A stretch of 64,000 bases of DNA from Vampirovibrionaceae bacterium NZW_1234. Lineage in GTDB: Bacteria; Cyanobacteriota; Vampirovibrionia; Vampirovibrionales; JAGQHJ01. Below the pieces are notes generated by a model, which made no database searches, was not told where the DNA came from, and worked only from the letters and a program-made list of their open reading frames with translations. How positions within the stretch are numbered: the first letter of the stretch is position 1; every line of letters begins with the position of its first letter. Where the stretch lies: positions 118,515-182,514 of the forward strand of contig JBGUGD010000023.1 in NCBI GenBank assembly GCA_041697335.1. The letters run 5' to 3'. The translations under genes were made by a program, and so were the position numbers. Shown here one piece after another: positions 40,446 to 50,711 of the stretch.

Positions 40446-40477
40446 TCGCTTCACATGCCTCTGGTTTCTGTGACTCG

Positions 40478-41170
40478 TCAGGCAGGCTGCTGTTTTTTGC
40501 TGACAGTGATATTGGGCAGTTGGAGGTAAAGGGGCTTCAAGGTCTCCCAGCTCACTGCAAAGCGAGTGGCCTGATGCTGCATCAGAAACTGCATGGCCTC
40601 AGGGGAAAACCAGTCGGTTTTTTCCAGGATGAGGGGCGATTGAGGCGCCGTCGATGTCCACTGCAATTTGTTTTCAAGAAAGGCTTCCAGAATCACGATG
40701 TCACTGTGGATTTCAGGCGGGGCCTCATTGGGGCAAACAAACGGCGCCGTCGTCCAGTGGGTTTCGCCGGATTCGGAGACCGTCAGGACGGCATGATAAT
40801 GCTGTTGCCGGGAGGCATTGAGGAGAACCGTGACGGATTTTTCCCGAAACATCGGGTGGGCCGCAATCAGCTCAAAGGTGTTCATGGCAAACACCTTTAC
40901 TGGCAGGAATTGCCCCAGAATCCGGGCAACAGTCATCCCGGTCCGAATCCCGGTAAAGCTGCCGGGCCCCATGTTCAGGACAATGTGGCTTAAATCCGTG
41001 GCAGTCTTGTGGTGTTGGGTCAACAGACCGGAAAGCACCGGTAACAGAATCGTCGAGTGATAGCGGTAGGAGGTATGGGCTTCCGTATGCCGGGCCAATA
41101 CCCCGGTGTCATCGGTCAGCATCAGCATCAGTGTGGCCTGGGTGGTATCCAGAAAAAGGTTAAGGCTCAT
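40478..41170 (-). CDS. tsaB: t6A biosynthesis protein TsaB
   Basis: LFLDT, HS..LLP, GPGSFTGIR, PLYL; overlaps the tsaE stop. Confidence 0.92.
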   Translation of the reverse strand: MSLNLFLDTTQATLMLMLTDDTGVLARHTEAHTSYRYHSTILLPVLSGLLTQHHKTATDLSHIVLNMGPGSFTGIRTGMTVARILGQFLPVKVFAMNTFELIAAHPMFREKSVTVLLNASRQQHYHAVLTVSESGETHWTTAPFVCPNEAPPEIHSDIVILEAFLENKLQWTSTAPQSPLILEKTDWFSPEAMQFLMQHQATRFAVSWETLKPLYLQLPNITVSKKQQPA

Positions 41171-41675
41171 GGGAAAAACCCTCCATCAACTGCGTCAGGG
41201 CGTTGGCGTGTTGCGTTTCAATCTGCAGCCGACGTCCCTCGGGACCGCCCGATGTATCGTAGGCAAAGTCCAGATGCCATGTCCATCGATAGTCCAAATC
41301 CGGAGCCAGATCCGCCCATTCCATTAAGACAAGACCCTGGGTGGCGGATTCGTCCAGGTAGGCTTCCAGCTCCGGCAGGTTCGCCGCCAGTTCCTCCGGC
41401 GTCAGACGATAGAAGTCCCCGTGAAACACCGTCAGGTGATCGCCGTGATACTCGTTCAGCAACGTAAACGTGGGGCTGGTAATGGCTTCTTCGACCCCCA
41501 GTTTTTCACATAAAAGCCGTGTAAACGTGGTCTTGCCGGTGCCCAAGGTCCCTGTCAACGCAACAAAGTCTCCCGCAGCCACTAAATTCGCCATGAGAGC
41601 GGCTATTTGCTCCAGTTGTAGTAGGCTAGGGATGAAAATTGACTGGTTGCCACGCATTGGTTTTCGTATCATCAT
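41160..41675 (-). CDS. tsaE: t6A biosynthesis ATPase TsaE
   Basis: [27 protein letters not shown]. Confidence 0.94.
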   Translation of the reverse strand: MMIRKPMRGNQSIFIPSLLQLEQIAALMANLVAAGDFVALTGTLGTGKTTFTRLLCEKLGVEEAITSPTFTLLNEYHGDHLTVFHGDFYRLTPEELAANLPELEAYLDESATQGLVLMEWADLAPDLDYRWTWHLDFAYDTSGGPEGRRLQIETQHANALTQLMEGFSHEP

Positions 41676-41741
41676 TACAATATTTACTTATCCTATCTCT
41701 TGTTAGCCGTCATTGTTAACCAAACTGGGTACGAATATCTT

Positions 41742-42302
41742 ATGATCACCAGCAATGATTTTAAAACCGGGATGACCATTATTATGGATGGCAACATCTT
41801 TCAGGTTGTCGAGTTCTTGCACGTCAAGCCGGGGAAAGGGTCTGCCTTTGTTCGGACCAAGTTGAAAAACATCTCCACAGGCAATACCGTTGAAAAAACC
41901 TTCCGTGCCGGGGAAAAAGTGGAACAAGCCATTTTGGATCGCCGCGATATGCAATACCTGTATAACGACGGCAGCGAGTACACCTTTATGGACAACCAGA
42001 ACTTTGAGCAACTGGCCCTAAGCAAGGAGCAAGTGGGCGACAACAACATCCAGTACCTCAAAGAGAACATGAATGTCAGCATTCTGCTTCATGGATCCAA
42101 GCTGCTGGGCGTTGATATTCCGGCTCACGTGGAGTTGGAAGTGGTGGATACACCGCCTTCGGAAAAAGGCAACACCGCCAGCGGCGGCACCAAGCCCGCG
42201 ACCCTGGAAACCGGTGCCGTGGTTCAAGTGCCCTTCTTCGTGGAAGTCGGCACACGTATCCGGGTGGACACCCGAACCAATTCGTATCTGGATCGGGCGT
42301 AA
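41742..42302 (+). CDS. efp: Elongation factor P
   Basis: [31 protein letters not shown]. Confidence 0.97.
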   Translation: MITSNDFKTGMTIIMDGNIFQVVEFLHVKPGKGSAFVRTKLKNISTGNTVEKTFRAGEKVEQAILDRRDMQYLYNDGSEYTFMDNQNFEQLALSKEQVGDNNIQYLKENMNVSILLHGSKLLGVDIPAHVELEVVDTPPSEKGNTASGGTKPATLETGAVVQVPFFVEVGTRIRVDTRTNSYLDRA

Positions 42303-42307
42303 CGACT

Positions 42308-42772
42308 ATGGATTTTAAACTGAATTTAGACACCATCAAGGACCTGGTCGCCCTGGCAACGGAAAACAAGCTCTCCGAGCTGACCGTGGAACGGGACGAT
42401 CAGAAAGTCGTAATTAAGACCGCCAATGCGGTCGCTGTCGCTGCTGCCCCCGTGGTCGCAGCTTCAGTCCCGGCGGCCGCTCAAGCCGCACCCCAGAAAA
42501 ATGCTGCCGTCAAGGAAGAGCCGGCATCCAACTATTACAAAGTTACCTCTCCCATGGTCGGGACCTTTTACCGTGCCCCTTCCCCCGATTCGCCTCCCTT
42601 TGTTGACGTGGGCGCCTCGGTTGGCAAAGGGCAAACCCTGTGCATTATTGAAGCCATGAAACTCATGAACGAGCTGGAGTCGGAAGTGTCCGGCGTTGTT
42701 CGCAAGATTCTGGTGGAAAACGGCACCCCGGTCGAATTCGGCCAACCATTGATGGAAATCGAGGTTCAATAA
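42308..42772 (+). CDS. accB: Acetyl-CoA carboxylase biotin carboxyl carrier protein
   Basis: [16 protein letters not shown], Ala-rich linker. Confidence 0.97.
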   Translation: MDFKLNLDTIKDLVALATENKLSELTVERDDQKVVIKTANAVAVAAAPVVAASVPAAAQAAPQKNAAVKEEPASNYYKVTSPMVGTFYRAPSPDSPPFVDVGASVGKGQTLCIIEAMKLMNELESEVSGVVRKILVENGTPVEFGQPLMEIEVQ

Positions 42773-42778
42773 TCTTCT

Positions 42779-44122
42779 ATGTTTAACAAAGTTCTCATTG
42801 CGAACCGTGGCGAAATTGCGCTGCGCATTTTACGTGCCTGCCAGGAATTGGGCATCAAAACCGTCGCCGTTCACTCCCAGGCGGATGAAGAAAGCCTTCA
42901 CGTCCAGCTGGCCGATGAAGCCTACTGTGTCGGCCCGGCTCCCTCGGGGAAAAGCTATCTGAATATCCCGAACATCATGAGCGTGGCCTTGATGTCGGGT
43001 GCCGATGCCATTCACCCGGGCTATGGTTTTCTGGCCGAAAATGCAGGGTTTGCCGAGATCTGCAAGGAACATCACATCAAATTTATCGGCCCCTCGGCGG
43101 AAATGATTCGCCTGATGGGTGATAAAGCCACCGCCAAGAAGACCATGATCGACATCGGCGTTCCCGTGGTTCCGGGCACCGACGGCGTGGCGTCGGATGT
43201 GGACTTAATCAAAGCCTGGGCCAAGCATGCGGGCTATCCGGTCATTATCAAGGCCACAGCCGGGGGGGGCGGCAAGGGTATGCGCATTGTGAATGCCGAG
43301 GATGAACTGGAAAGCCAGTTGACCGTGGCCCGCAATGAAGCCAAGGCGGCTTTTGGCAACGATGAAGTGTACCTGGAAAAATACATTCTCAATCCCCGCC
43401 ATATCGAGTTTCAGGTTCTGGCCGACCAGTACGGCAACGTGGTGCACCTGGGTGAGCGGGATTGCTCCATCCAGCGCCGCCACCAGAAGCTCCTGGAAGA
43501 AGCCCCGTCGCCGTCGGTGACCGACGAAATGCGGGAAAAAGTCGGGCAGATTGTTCTGAAAGCCCTGCGCAAAGTGGGATATGAAGGGGTGGGAACCATC
43601 GAGTTCCTCGCCGATCAGGACATGAACTTCTACTTCATCGAAATGAACACCCGGATTCAGGTGGAACACCCGGTCACCGAAATGATTACCGGCATCGACC
43701 TGGTGAAGGAACAGATCAAAGTCGCCGCCGGTGAGCCCTTGAGCTTCACCCAGGACGACATTCGCTTCCGCGGCCATGCCATTGAATGCCGCATTAACGC
43801 CGAGAACCCCGAAAAAGGCTTCATGCCATGTCCGGGTTTAATCGACGGCTATGTGGCTCCCGGTGGTCCCGGGGTGCGGGTAGACAGCCATGCCTACCCC
43901 AACTACAGCATTCCGCCGTACTATGACTCCCTGGTGTCCAAGCTCATTGTTTGGGGCGAAACCCGTGAAGAAGCCATTTTGCGGATGAAGCGAGCCCTCA
44001 ACGAATATGGCATTACCGGGATTCAAACCACCATTCCCTTTCACCTGAAGCTTCTGGACAACCCCGAGTTTCGCAAAGGGGAAGTGTATACGGACTTTAT
44101 CGTACGCCACGCCCTGGCCTAA
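42779..44122 (+). CDS. accC: Acetyl-CoA carboxylase biotin carboxylase
   Basis: [46 protein letters not shown]. Confidence 0.97.
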   Translation: MFNKVLIANRGEIALRILRACQELGIKTVAVHSQADEESLHVQLADEAYCVGPAPSGKSYLNIPNIMSVALMSGADAIHPGYGFLAENAGFAEICKEHHIKFIGPSAEMIRLMGDKATAKKTMIDIGVPVVPGTDGVASDVDLIKAWAKHAGYPVIIKATAGGGGKGMRIVNAEDELESQLTVARNEAKAAFGNDEVYLEKYILNPRHIEFQVLADQYGNVVHLGERDCSIQRRHQKLLEEAPSPSVTDEMREKVGQIVLKALRKVGYEGVGTIEFLADQDMNFYFIEMNTRIQVEHPVTEMITGIDLVKEQIKVAAGEPLSFTQDDIRFRGHAIECRINAENPEKGFMPCPGLIDGYVAPGGPGVRVDSHAYPNYSIPPYYDSLVSKLIVWGETREEAILRMKRALNEYGITGIQTTIPFHLKLLDNPEFRKGEVYTDFIVRHALA

Positions 44123-44143
44123 TCCGGATTGGAATTCAATTTT

Positions 44144-44178
44144 AAAACCCCCTTGGCCTTTGTAGCCAAGGGGGTTTT
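44144..44178. terminator. Bidirectional intrinsic terminator
   Basis: AAAACCCCCTTGGC/GCCAAGGGGGTTTT between convergent genes. Confidence 0.85.
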
Positions 44179-44196
44179 GTCTGGCGCTTTTCCGAC

Positions 44197-45318
44197 TTAT
44201 TGCTGTGCAATCAGTGCATCAAAATCCTTCTTGGTGATATTAATGACGGTTTGTGATTCGGGACCTTCGGTGTTGTCCGTCTGATCCAGATTGGCCAGGG
44301 CCCGGAGATCCGCCTCACTGACTTTGTCGCTTGTATTTTCGCCGTCATCCACCAAAGCGGTCAGTTTGGCAAAGAGATCGGTGGAGACGCTGCCCAGATA
44401 TTTAAACAGGTTCGGGAGTGCCGGATAATCCGGTCCCATGTTGTGTGGGGTGGTTTCAATGGTGGTTGCCAGCGCGGTCATGTCGGCCTGGCTCAACATG
44501 GGATTGTCGACCTGATTTTCTTCGGCAACGCCAAACTGCATGGCCCCTGCTGCCGTGTCCACGTTGATGGTATCCAGATACTCACTGGGCGGTGCTGGCG
44601 GCAAGGGATTTGGCTCAGGCTTGATGAGGCTTTCCAGAATGAGCGGGGTCAGTTTATCTTTGCCCATCCGAATGTGTTCGACCGACGGGTCAATGATAAT
44701 GGTACTTCCATTGGGACGCATATCCTGGATCTGATAGCGCCCTTCCGGGGTTTTGGTCACTTTGAATTTCGCATGGCTAATGTCGCCGTTACTGTCCCTG
44801 AAGTCGCTCAGGCGCATACTGTTCAGGGTTACGGTGTCTTCACCGGCGCCGCCTATGAGGGTTAGACTCTTGTTATTCCCTTTAAAGAAACTCCGGGTGT
44901 TGATGGTAAACGTATCGTTTCCGGCACCGCCATCGAGAATGCCCGAAAACGTGTGATTGGTGGTGAAGTTGTCTTTGTTGGCGCCGCCGGTGATATTGGC
45001 CCAATTGGTTCCTTTGCGGATATGAATATTATTGGTCTTGCCGGGGCCCTCGAACCGAATGGCATGATAATCGCTTTTGACAAAGCTATGGGAGATCCCT
45101 TTGTCTCGGGTGTTGACTGTCACATCCTTGGACTCTCCGTTGGATCCCGCTCCATTATTGAAGTTGATGGTTGTATTTCGCTTCGTCAGGTTAATGGCGA
45201 CCTGAAGCAGTGCTATTGCGACCATGATTGTCTCCTTGTCTAACAACGTGGGTACGTCTTCTTCGCAAATGAAGAAGAAGTTTGGTTGTATGGATTTCTC
45301 TTTGCCGTTCAAGCGCAT
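44197..45318 (-). CDS. RTX-like calcium-binding secreted protein
   Basis: Nonapeptide-like GGANKDNF, LDGGAGNDTFTI, LIGGAGEDTVTL; acidic C-terminal domain; start uncertain. Confidence 0.65.
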   Translation of the reverse strand: MRLNGKEKSIQPNFFFICEEDVPTLLDKETIMVAIALLQVAINLTKRNTTINFNNGAGSNGESKDVTVNTRDKGISHSFVKSDYHAIRFEGPGKTNNIHIRKGTNWANITGGANKDNFTTNHTFSGILDGGAGNDTFTINTRSFFKGNNKSLTLIGGAGEDTVTLNSMRLSDFRDSNGDISHAKFKVTKTPEGRYQIQDMRPNGSTIIIDPSVEHIRMGKDKLTPLILESLIKPEPNPLPPAPPSEYLDTINVDTAAGAMQFGVAEENQVDNPMLSQADMTALATTIETTPHNMGPDYPALPNLFKYLGSVSTDLFAKLTALVDDGENTSDKVSEADLRALANLDQTDNTEGPESQTVINITKKDFDALIAQQ

Positions 45319-45486
45319 GGCAACGAGGACACGATCAACACCGTTGATCGCTGGACGTACTTAAATAAACTCTTTTGGATATCTAAAAATGCCTAATATA
45401 TATAATATATTGCAAGAAATTTACAATTCAAAGTTCAATCGCCCCATGGCACGGACGCGATTCTCGGGGATCTGCCGATGCGGGGC

Positions 45487-45523
45487 AAAGAAAATCCAGG
45501 CTTGATGGGAGTGTCAAGCCTGG
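45487..45523 (-). terminator. Intrinsic terminator
   Basis: CCAGGCTTGA/TCAAGCCTGG stem with a T-rich tail on the minus strand, after 45556..46113. Confidence 0.65.
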
Positions 45524-45555
45524 GTGTCGTCATGATTTAGGGTTGTAACGGCCGT

Positions 45556-46113
45556 CTAGGCTTGGGTCATCCAGCCCTTGAAGCCATTGATGGTATTGAT
45601 ATTTCCTTCGGTGTATTTCGCTTTGAGTTGAGCGGTTTCCAGTTGGCGCTGGGCGGACTCAACGCCTTCTTGCTGACGGGTCAGGGCACTGGGAAGTGCT
45701 TCGGCCAGTTTGCCAAAGAAGCCTTTTACCTGTGCTTTGGTTGCAGCCAGAACATTGGGCCCCTCGGTGGCCTTTTGGGCCAGTTTCAGAATAAAGCCCA
45801 ATTGGCTGGTGCTCACGGTCTCGTTGAAGGGAGGATTTTCTCTGAAGATGGAGTAGTCGGACCAGGGGTGCGGATTCTCTTCATAGGGAATTTCTTCACC
45901 CAGGCGTTCCCGGACCAGTTCGGCATTGGGGGTAAAACTGTCTTTCTGCAAGGCCAACTTCAAGAAGGTATTGCTTCCGGAGGTGGGCAAATCGGGCAAG
46001 ATTTCCTGGGCGGCCTTGGCATCGTTGTCGGTGAGGACCAGGGTCAGCTCATTGGGCTTGCTCAGCTGCGGCTGAAGAACGCTAACACCTGCAAATTTTA
46101 CGGAATTCAACAT
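45556..46113 (-). CDS. Hypothetical protein with C-terminal coiled coil
   Basis: AAGGAG before ATG; begins MLNSVKFAG. Confidence 0.65.
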   Translation of the reverse strand: MLNSVKFAGVSVLQPQLSKPNELTLVLTDNDAKAAQEILPDLPTSGSNTFLKLALQKDSFTPNAELVRERLGEEIPYEENPHPWSDYSIFRENPPFNETVSTSQLGFILKLAQKATEGPNVLAATKAQVKGFFGKLAEALPSALTRQQEGVESAQRQLETAQLKAKYTEGNINTINGFKGWMTQA

Positions 46114-46373
46114 GAGGGGGTCTCCTTATCTTTTTAACTGTGCCAGTGTGGGTGGCGTGTGCTTGATTTCGTTATTACTTTACGGTGGACAGATCCGCCA
46201 AGGTGTCGGCTGCCTGACATTTTCAGGCGAATCTCATAATTTTTTTTAGAATAATAGAGGGGTCTCCCTGTACGCCGAAAAAAATAATTGTCGGCTTGCG
46301 ATGACTTGGCATCCCCATGGGTCTTCCGTATGATGAAGGCATTACAATTGGGCTTTGGAAGGAGACGCCGACA

Positions 46374-47414
46374 ATGGAGTTTCGGCCGCTTGGGAACACG
46401 GATGTCAAGGTCAGTGCCATTTGCTTGGGGACCATGACCTGGGGTGAGCAGAATACGGAAGCGGACGCCCACCAGCAACTGGACATGGCGCTTGACCATG
46501 GGGTGAACTTCATTGATACGGCCGAGATGTATCCGGTGCCTCCGATGGCGGCCACCGTTGGGCGGACGGAGGAGTATATCGGAACCTGGCTTGCCGCTCG
46601 AAGCAATCGGGAAAAGGTTATCCTGGCCACCAAAGTCGCGGGTCCGGCCCCCAGTATGACCTGGATTCGACACGGTGAAGGCCGACTGGATCGCGCCAAC
46701 ATCATAGCCGCCCTGGAAGGCAGTTTGAAACGCCTGCAGACCGATTACATCGATCTCTACCAATTGCACTGGCCCGATCGCAACACCAACTTTTTTGGGC
46801 AACTGGGCTATCGCCACGAGGCTGACGAAGCCATGACCCCCATTGAAGACACCCTGGCCGTGCTGGCCGACTGTGTGGCCGCTGGAAAAATCCGGTATAT
46901 CGGCCTGTCCAACGAAACCCCGTGGGGAACCATGCGCTTTCTGGAATTGGCCCGGACCCACGGCTACCCGCGGGTGGTGAGCGTTCAAAACCCGTACAGC
47001 CTTTTAAACCGGACCTACGAAGTGGGCATGGCCGAGGTGTCCCTGCGGGAGCAGTGCGGGTTGCTGGCCTATTCGCCCATGGCCTTCGGCCTGTTGAGCG
47101 GCAAATACGAAAACGGCGCTCGTCCGCCGGAAGGGCGAATCACCAAGTTTGCCCGCTTTGATCGCTATTCCAATCCCCAAGCCCTGTCGGCAACCACGGC
47201 CTATGTGAACCTTGCCCGCCAACATGGCTTGAGCCCGGCCCAGATGGCCCTGGCCTTTGTCACCCAACAGCCCTTTGTCACCAGCAACATCATCGGGGCG
47301 ACCACCCTGGACCAATTGAAAGAAAACCTGGACAGTGCCTCTTTGCGACTTTCGTCGGCGGTTCTGACCGAAATTGAGGCCATCCACACCCGCATTCCGA
47401 ACCCGGCTCCCTAG
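46374..47414 (+). CDS. tas: NADP(H)-dependent aldo-keto reductase (Tas-like)
   Basis: LGTMTWGEQN, DTAEMYPVP, LYQLHWPDR, SNETPWG, QNPYSLLNR; AAGGAG before ATG 46374. Confidence 0.93.
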   Translation: MEFRPLGNTDVKVSAICLGTMTWGEQNTEADAHQQLDMALDHGVNFIDTAEMYPVPPMAATVGRTEEYIGTWLAARSNREKVILATKVAGPAPSMTWIRHGEGRLDRANIIAALEGSLKRLQTDYIDLYQLHWPDRNTNFFGQLGYRHEADEAMTPIEDTLAVLADCVAAGKIRYIGLSNETPWGTMRFLELARTHGYPRVVSVQNPYSLLNRTYEVGMAEVSLREQCGLLAYSPMAFGLLSGKYENGARPPEGRITKFARFDRYSNPQALSATTAYVNLARQHGLSPAQMALAFVTQQPFVTSNIIGATTLDQLKENLDSASLRLSSAVLTEIEAIHTRIPNPAP

Positions 47415-47735
47415 CCCCTGTCTCTGTCCTTACACAGTGTCTTGAATCCGTGTCGTTACAGGCCACCCCAGCGGTGCGCACCTGACGGCAACAAGTCCAA
47501 CGCATCATTCTTTGAAAGAGGCGTTTATCCATATCCTGTGAGGAATATTAATCATAAAGCGGCGAAAAGCCACTTATAAAAGTAAAATATAAAAATATTT
47601 ATTGAAAAAAGGTTTAAAATAAGGTGTTATTGGGTATATAAGAAATAAAAACCCTGTTGTAACGAGGTCTTATGTTACTCCACCTTGAAAAAGCCATTCA
47701 AAAATGCGTTTCCTCTGTTTTTAGAGGTGTTTTTC

Positions 47736-47910
47736 ACCGTGTGGCCAATTTGGCCACACGGTCAACTGGTCTTATTAGGGCTTTCTCACCGTTCGGCCAA
47801 TTTGGCCGAACGGTCAAAATCCTCGGATTTACCCCAAAATACCCGTACGGACAATTTGTCCGCACGGGAAACGAAGCGATTTGACCGTGTGAATAATTTG
47901 GCCACACGGG
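47736..47910. repeat. Four 27-bp palindromic repeats, consensus (A/C)CCGTnnGGCCAA-T-TTGGCCnnACGG(T/G)
   Basis: Copies at 47736-47762, 47788-47814, 47842-47868, 47884-47910; spacers of 25, 27 and 15 nt. Confidence 0.85.
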
Positions 47911-48104
47911 GAGCTATCTTGATTCGACGCCTTCTTACGCCGGTTTTGCTGCCTTAAAAGGCTCGAAATGTAACGAAATGTAACGAAAAACCCGGATTTT
48001 TCGGGGTTAAGGAAATCTTTCAGATTTTCATATTTTATATAAAGTATATCTTATTAGGTGATGCACCCATGGCATGGGTTATCCTGCCGGGTGTTTGAGG
48101 TCGT

Positions 48105-50087
48105 ATGGTTTTTAACGATTATTTTCAGCAGATTCCGGGTGCCCAGCAACCGCGGCTTCCCCAGCAGCAGGGCGGTCAGCAGAACCCTGCTTCTTTGGAC
48201 TGGCAGCAGGTGGATTCGCCCTTTCGTCAGTTGCCCAGCCAATACGGCGGGCAGGGCTATCGGATTGATGATCGTTTTCAGGGACAGCAACAGCAGCGTC
48301 CCCAACAAGGTCAGCGGCCACCCCAGGGGGCTCCGAATGCCCAAGGCCAACGTGGCCTGCAACAGCCCAGACAGGCCAATGCCCCGCAAAGACCTCCCAA
48401 CGGACCCAGGCCAAACGATGGCCCCAATGGAGCCGCACGTCCTGGCAGTCGGCCTCCGGCAAAGCCGACCCAATCCAAACCGCCGTTTAATCCCATGAGT
48501 CTTATTATGCTGCTCTTCTATTTCATGAAGGCCGAGAAAAAAGAAACCACCACCCCCACAGAAACCCAAACCGACACAGTACCGACAGGTACGAATCCCG
48601 AGGAAACACCGGGAACGACACCTCCTAGCGGAACCACGCCCACGGGTACCGGTCAGGATATGAATATTGTCCCCGATGGCGGTGTCACACCGCCCACCGG
48701 CACAGGAACGACGACCGAAACCGGAACCACTCCCGGTTCGGGTACCACACCCGCCCCACCCGTCAACCCGTTGGCCGGTATTGGCGCGACACCACGGGAA
48801 ACGGGACCGCAAACCCCGCCCACCACGACCGGCCAGTTTGATACCCTCTTCCGGACCACCATTGATTATGGAACCGGCTTCCGAGGCTACAGGGCCACGA
48901 CGACCATTCGCAATACCATTGTCCAGGCGATCCTTCCTGCGACGAAACCCTCGGGTATTGCCCTTTCGGCCACCAACAGCGTGTTTGATTTCACAAGCCA
49001 GAATCAGGCCCAAGGCCGGATTGAACTCTCGAATTTCAGTAACAACCAGTTCAGCTACACCGGCAGCTTCCACTACCAGGAGCGTGCCGGAGTCAACAAT
49101 AATGTCATCACGCTGAAGACCGGTGCCACCGGCGGCCATGTGTATACGGAAGGGCGTCATAACATTTATAACTTCGACGGCAGCGATATGAGCCCCGGGG
49201 CCACCAGCACGTCTCTCGTTCAAGTCAATGCCGGGGCCTCCAACAATACGTATAACATCACCTTCAAACAGCAGGCCGGAGGCACCATGGGCAATAGCCT
49301 GTTCTCCGACGTGTATCTGACCAATCTGCCGCCGGGAACCACCGCTCCGGCCAATAACCTGGTTAACGTCATGCAATCCTCCGCAGGCGACCGCTTCCAG
49401 ATTTCCACCCCCACCGCCATCAACCTTGATGAGACGGGCCATGTGGTCATTCGCTACGGCAATGGCTCTGCCATTCGATTTGCCCCCGGTTCGGATGGCT
49501 ATATCCAGACCTATTCTGATCCGGCGGCCAATGCCGGATTGCCCGATGCCGTCTTTCGTGTCTCGGATTTACGGGCGCAACTTCAGGCGAGACAAACCGT
49601 GTCTCTCCAGCCCAATCGCCTGGGCGGATCGGGTCAATTGCCGTTGAATAACACCAGCGTCTCCATGGATGGGACGTATGTCTGGTTTAAAACGGCCACA
49701 GGCCAAATGGCCGTCACCGAATTGAATACCATCAATAATACCGGCATTGCCTTGCAAGGGGCTACTACGAATACCACCGCCAGAATCGTCCGGCGTCCCC
49801 AAGCTGCGGCCAATGGTCCCGCCGACCCCTATGCCGGTCAAGTGGTCTTGCAGCTGCCCCAATCGGCGCAGTTTATTAAGAATCAAAACGGCAGTGTTTC
49901 CCAGAATCTGGACGGCAACACCCTGACACTGGATATGGCCGCCTTGCGCAATCTTCCCCTGGCCTTCGAATCCCAGGGCCAGGTTCAGGTGGTTGACAGC
50001 CAATCGCTTCTCAGCCAGATCGCTCAGTTCGATGTGCCGTATCGACTTTCCGAAACAGGACAACTCGTTCCGGTTAACCCGGGATAA
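48105..50087 (+). CDS. Large Q/P/T/G/N-rich hypothetical protein, probably extracellular
   Basis: GAGG before ATG; Q/P-rich N-terminus, short hydrophobic helix, T/P/G linker, beta-rich C-terminal region; Cys-free. Confidence 0.75.
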   Translation: MVFNDYFQQIPGAQQPRLPQQQGGQQNPASLDWQQVDSPFRQLPSQYGGQGYRIDDRFQGQQQQRPQQGQRPPQGAPNAQGQRGLQQPRQANAPQRPPNGPRPNDGPNGAARPGSRPPAKPTQSKPPFNPMSLIMLLFYFMKAEKKETTTPTETQTDTVPTGTNPEETPGTTPPSGTTPTGTGQDMNIVPDGGVTPPTGTGTTTETGTTPGSGTTPAPPVNPLAGIGATPRETGPQTPPTTTGQFDTLFRTTIDYGTGFRGYRATTTIRNTIVQAILPATKPSGIALSATNSVFDFTSQNQAQGRIELSNFSNNQFSYTGSFHYQERAGVNNNVITLKTGATGGHVYTEGRHNIYNFDGSDMSPGATSTSLVQVNAGASNNTYNITFKQQAGGTMGNSLFSDVYLTNLPPGTTAPANNLVNVMQSSAGDRFQISTPTAINLDETGHVVIRYGNGSAIRFAPGSDGYIQTYSDPAANAGLPDAVFRVSDLRAQLQARQTVSLQPNRLGGSGQLPLNNTSVSMDGTYVWFKTATGQMAVTELNTINNTGIALQGATTNTTARIVRRPQAAANGPADPYAGQVVLQLPQSAQFIKNQNGSVSQNLDGNTLTLDMAALRNLPLAFESQGQVQVVDSQSLLSQIAQFDVPYRLSETGQLVPVNPG

Positions 50088-50475
50088 CACGCATGCGGCG
50101 TGTCTCTCCTCGGGAGGACATGAATTGTAGAACGATCCTGTTTATTGTTTCCGATGAGGTATTGAGCTGTAAAAAGCGCCTTTGACCTGCATTGCCGATA
50201 CTCGGTGTCTTATAGTTTTCAATTTTTTATCGGCATTGATCACCTTCAGAGCCACATTTGTTGTGTTGCCAAGAGCATCATATCGTTTTATAAGAATCGA
50301 CGCTAAACTTTGCAATAAGTGGATTTCGCGCCATTTTCGCGACTTCCCCAAGGGCTTTTCGGGATGAGGTTGTAACAAAAATGTAATACTATATCACAGG
50401 TTTTCTTTAAGATTGTTTTTATGCAGACAAGTAATATTCACTAAGAGAGATTATGAGAAGACCCGGAGAAGAAGT

Positions 50476-50622
50476 ATGTTGTCTAGCATTTTCAATTTAA
50501 TGGGTATGCCGTCTGACTCGATGTTGATGTTGGTGGTTTGCACCTGGTATCTCATCGTATTGGTTCTCGGCGCCGTGCTGGTCGGCTATTTTCTGCTCCA
50601 TCCCCTGGCATCTTTTATGTAG
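50476..50622 (+). CDS. Small membrane protein
   Basis: GGAG before ATG; single hydrophobic segment, 48 aa. Confidence 0.45.
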   Translation: MLSSIFNLMGMPSDSMLMLVVCTWYLIVLVLGAVLVGYFLLHPLASFM

Positions 50623-50711
50623 TAACGAGTCGCTCATTTCGTCACTGTATCGTTTATCAGACATCGGGTTCATATAGAGAGAATTAAGAAGGAAGAAGGA
50701 GTCATTCCATC

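Noticed and set aside
47736..47910. Canonical CRISPR array
   Set aside because: Repeats differ internally, spacers are uneven (25/27/15 nt) and no cas genes are present; kept as an unexplained array.
48054..49442. 462-aa minus-strand ORF
   Set aside because: Antisense shadow of the 660-aa gene, which has an SD and coherent composition.
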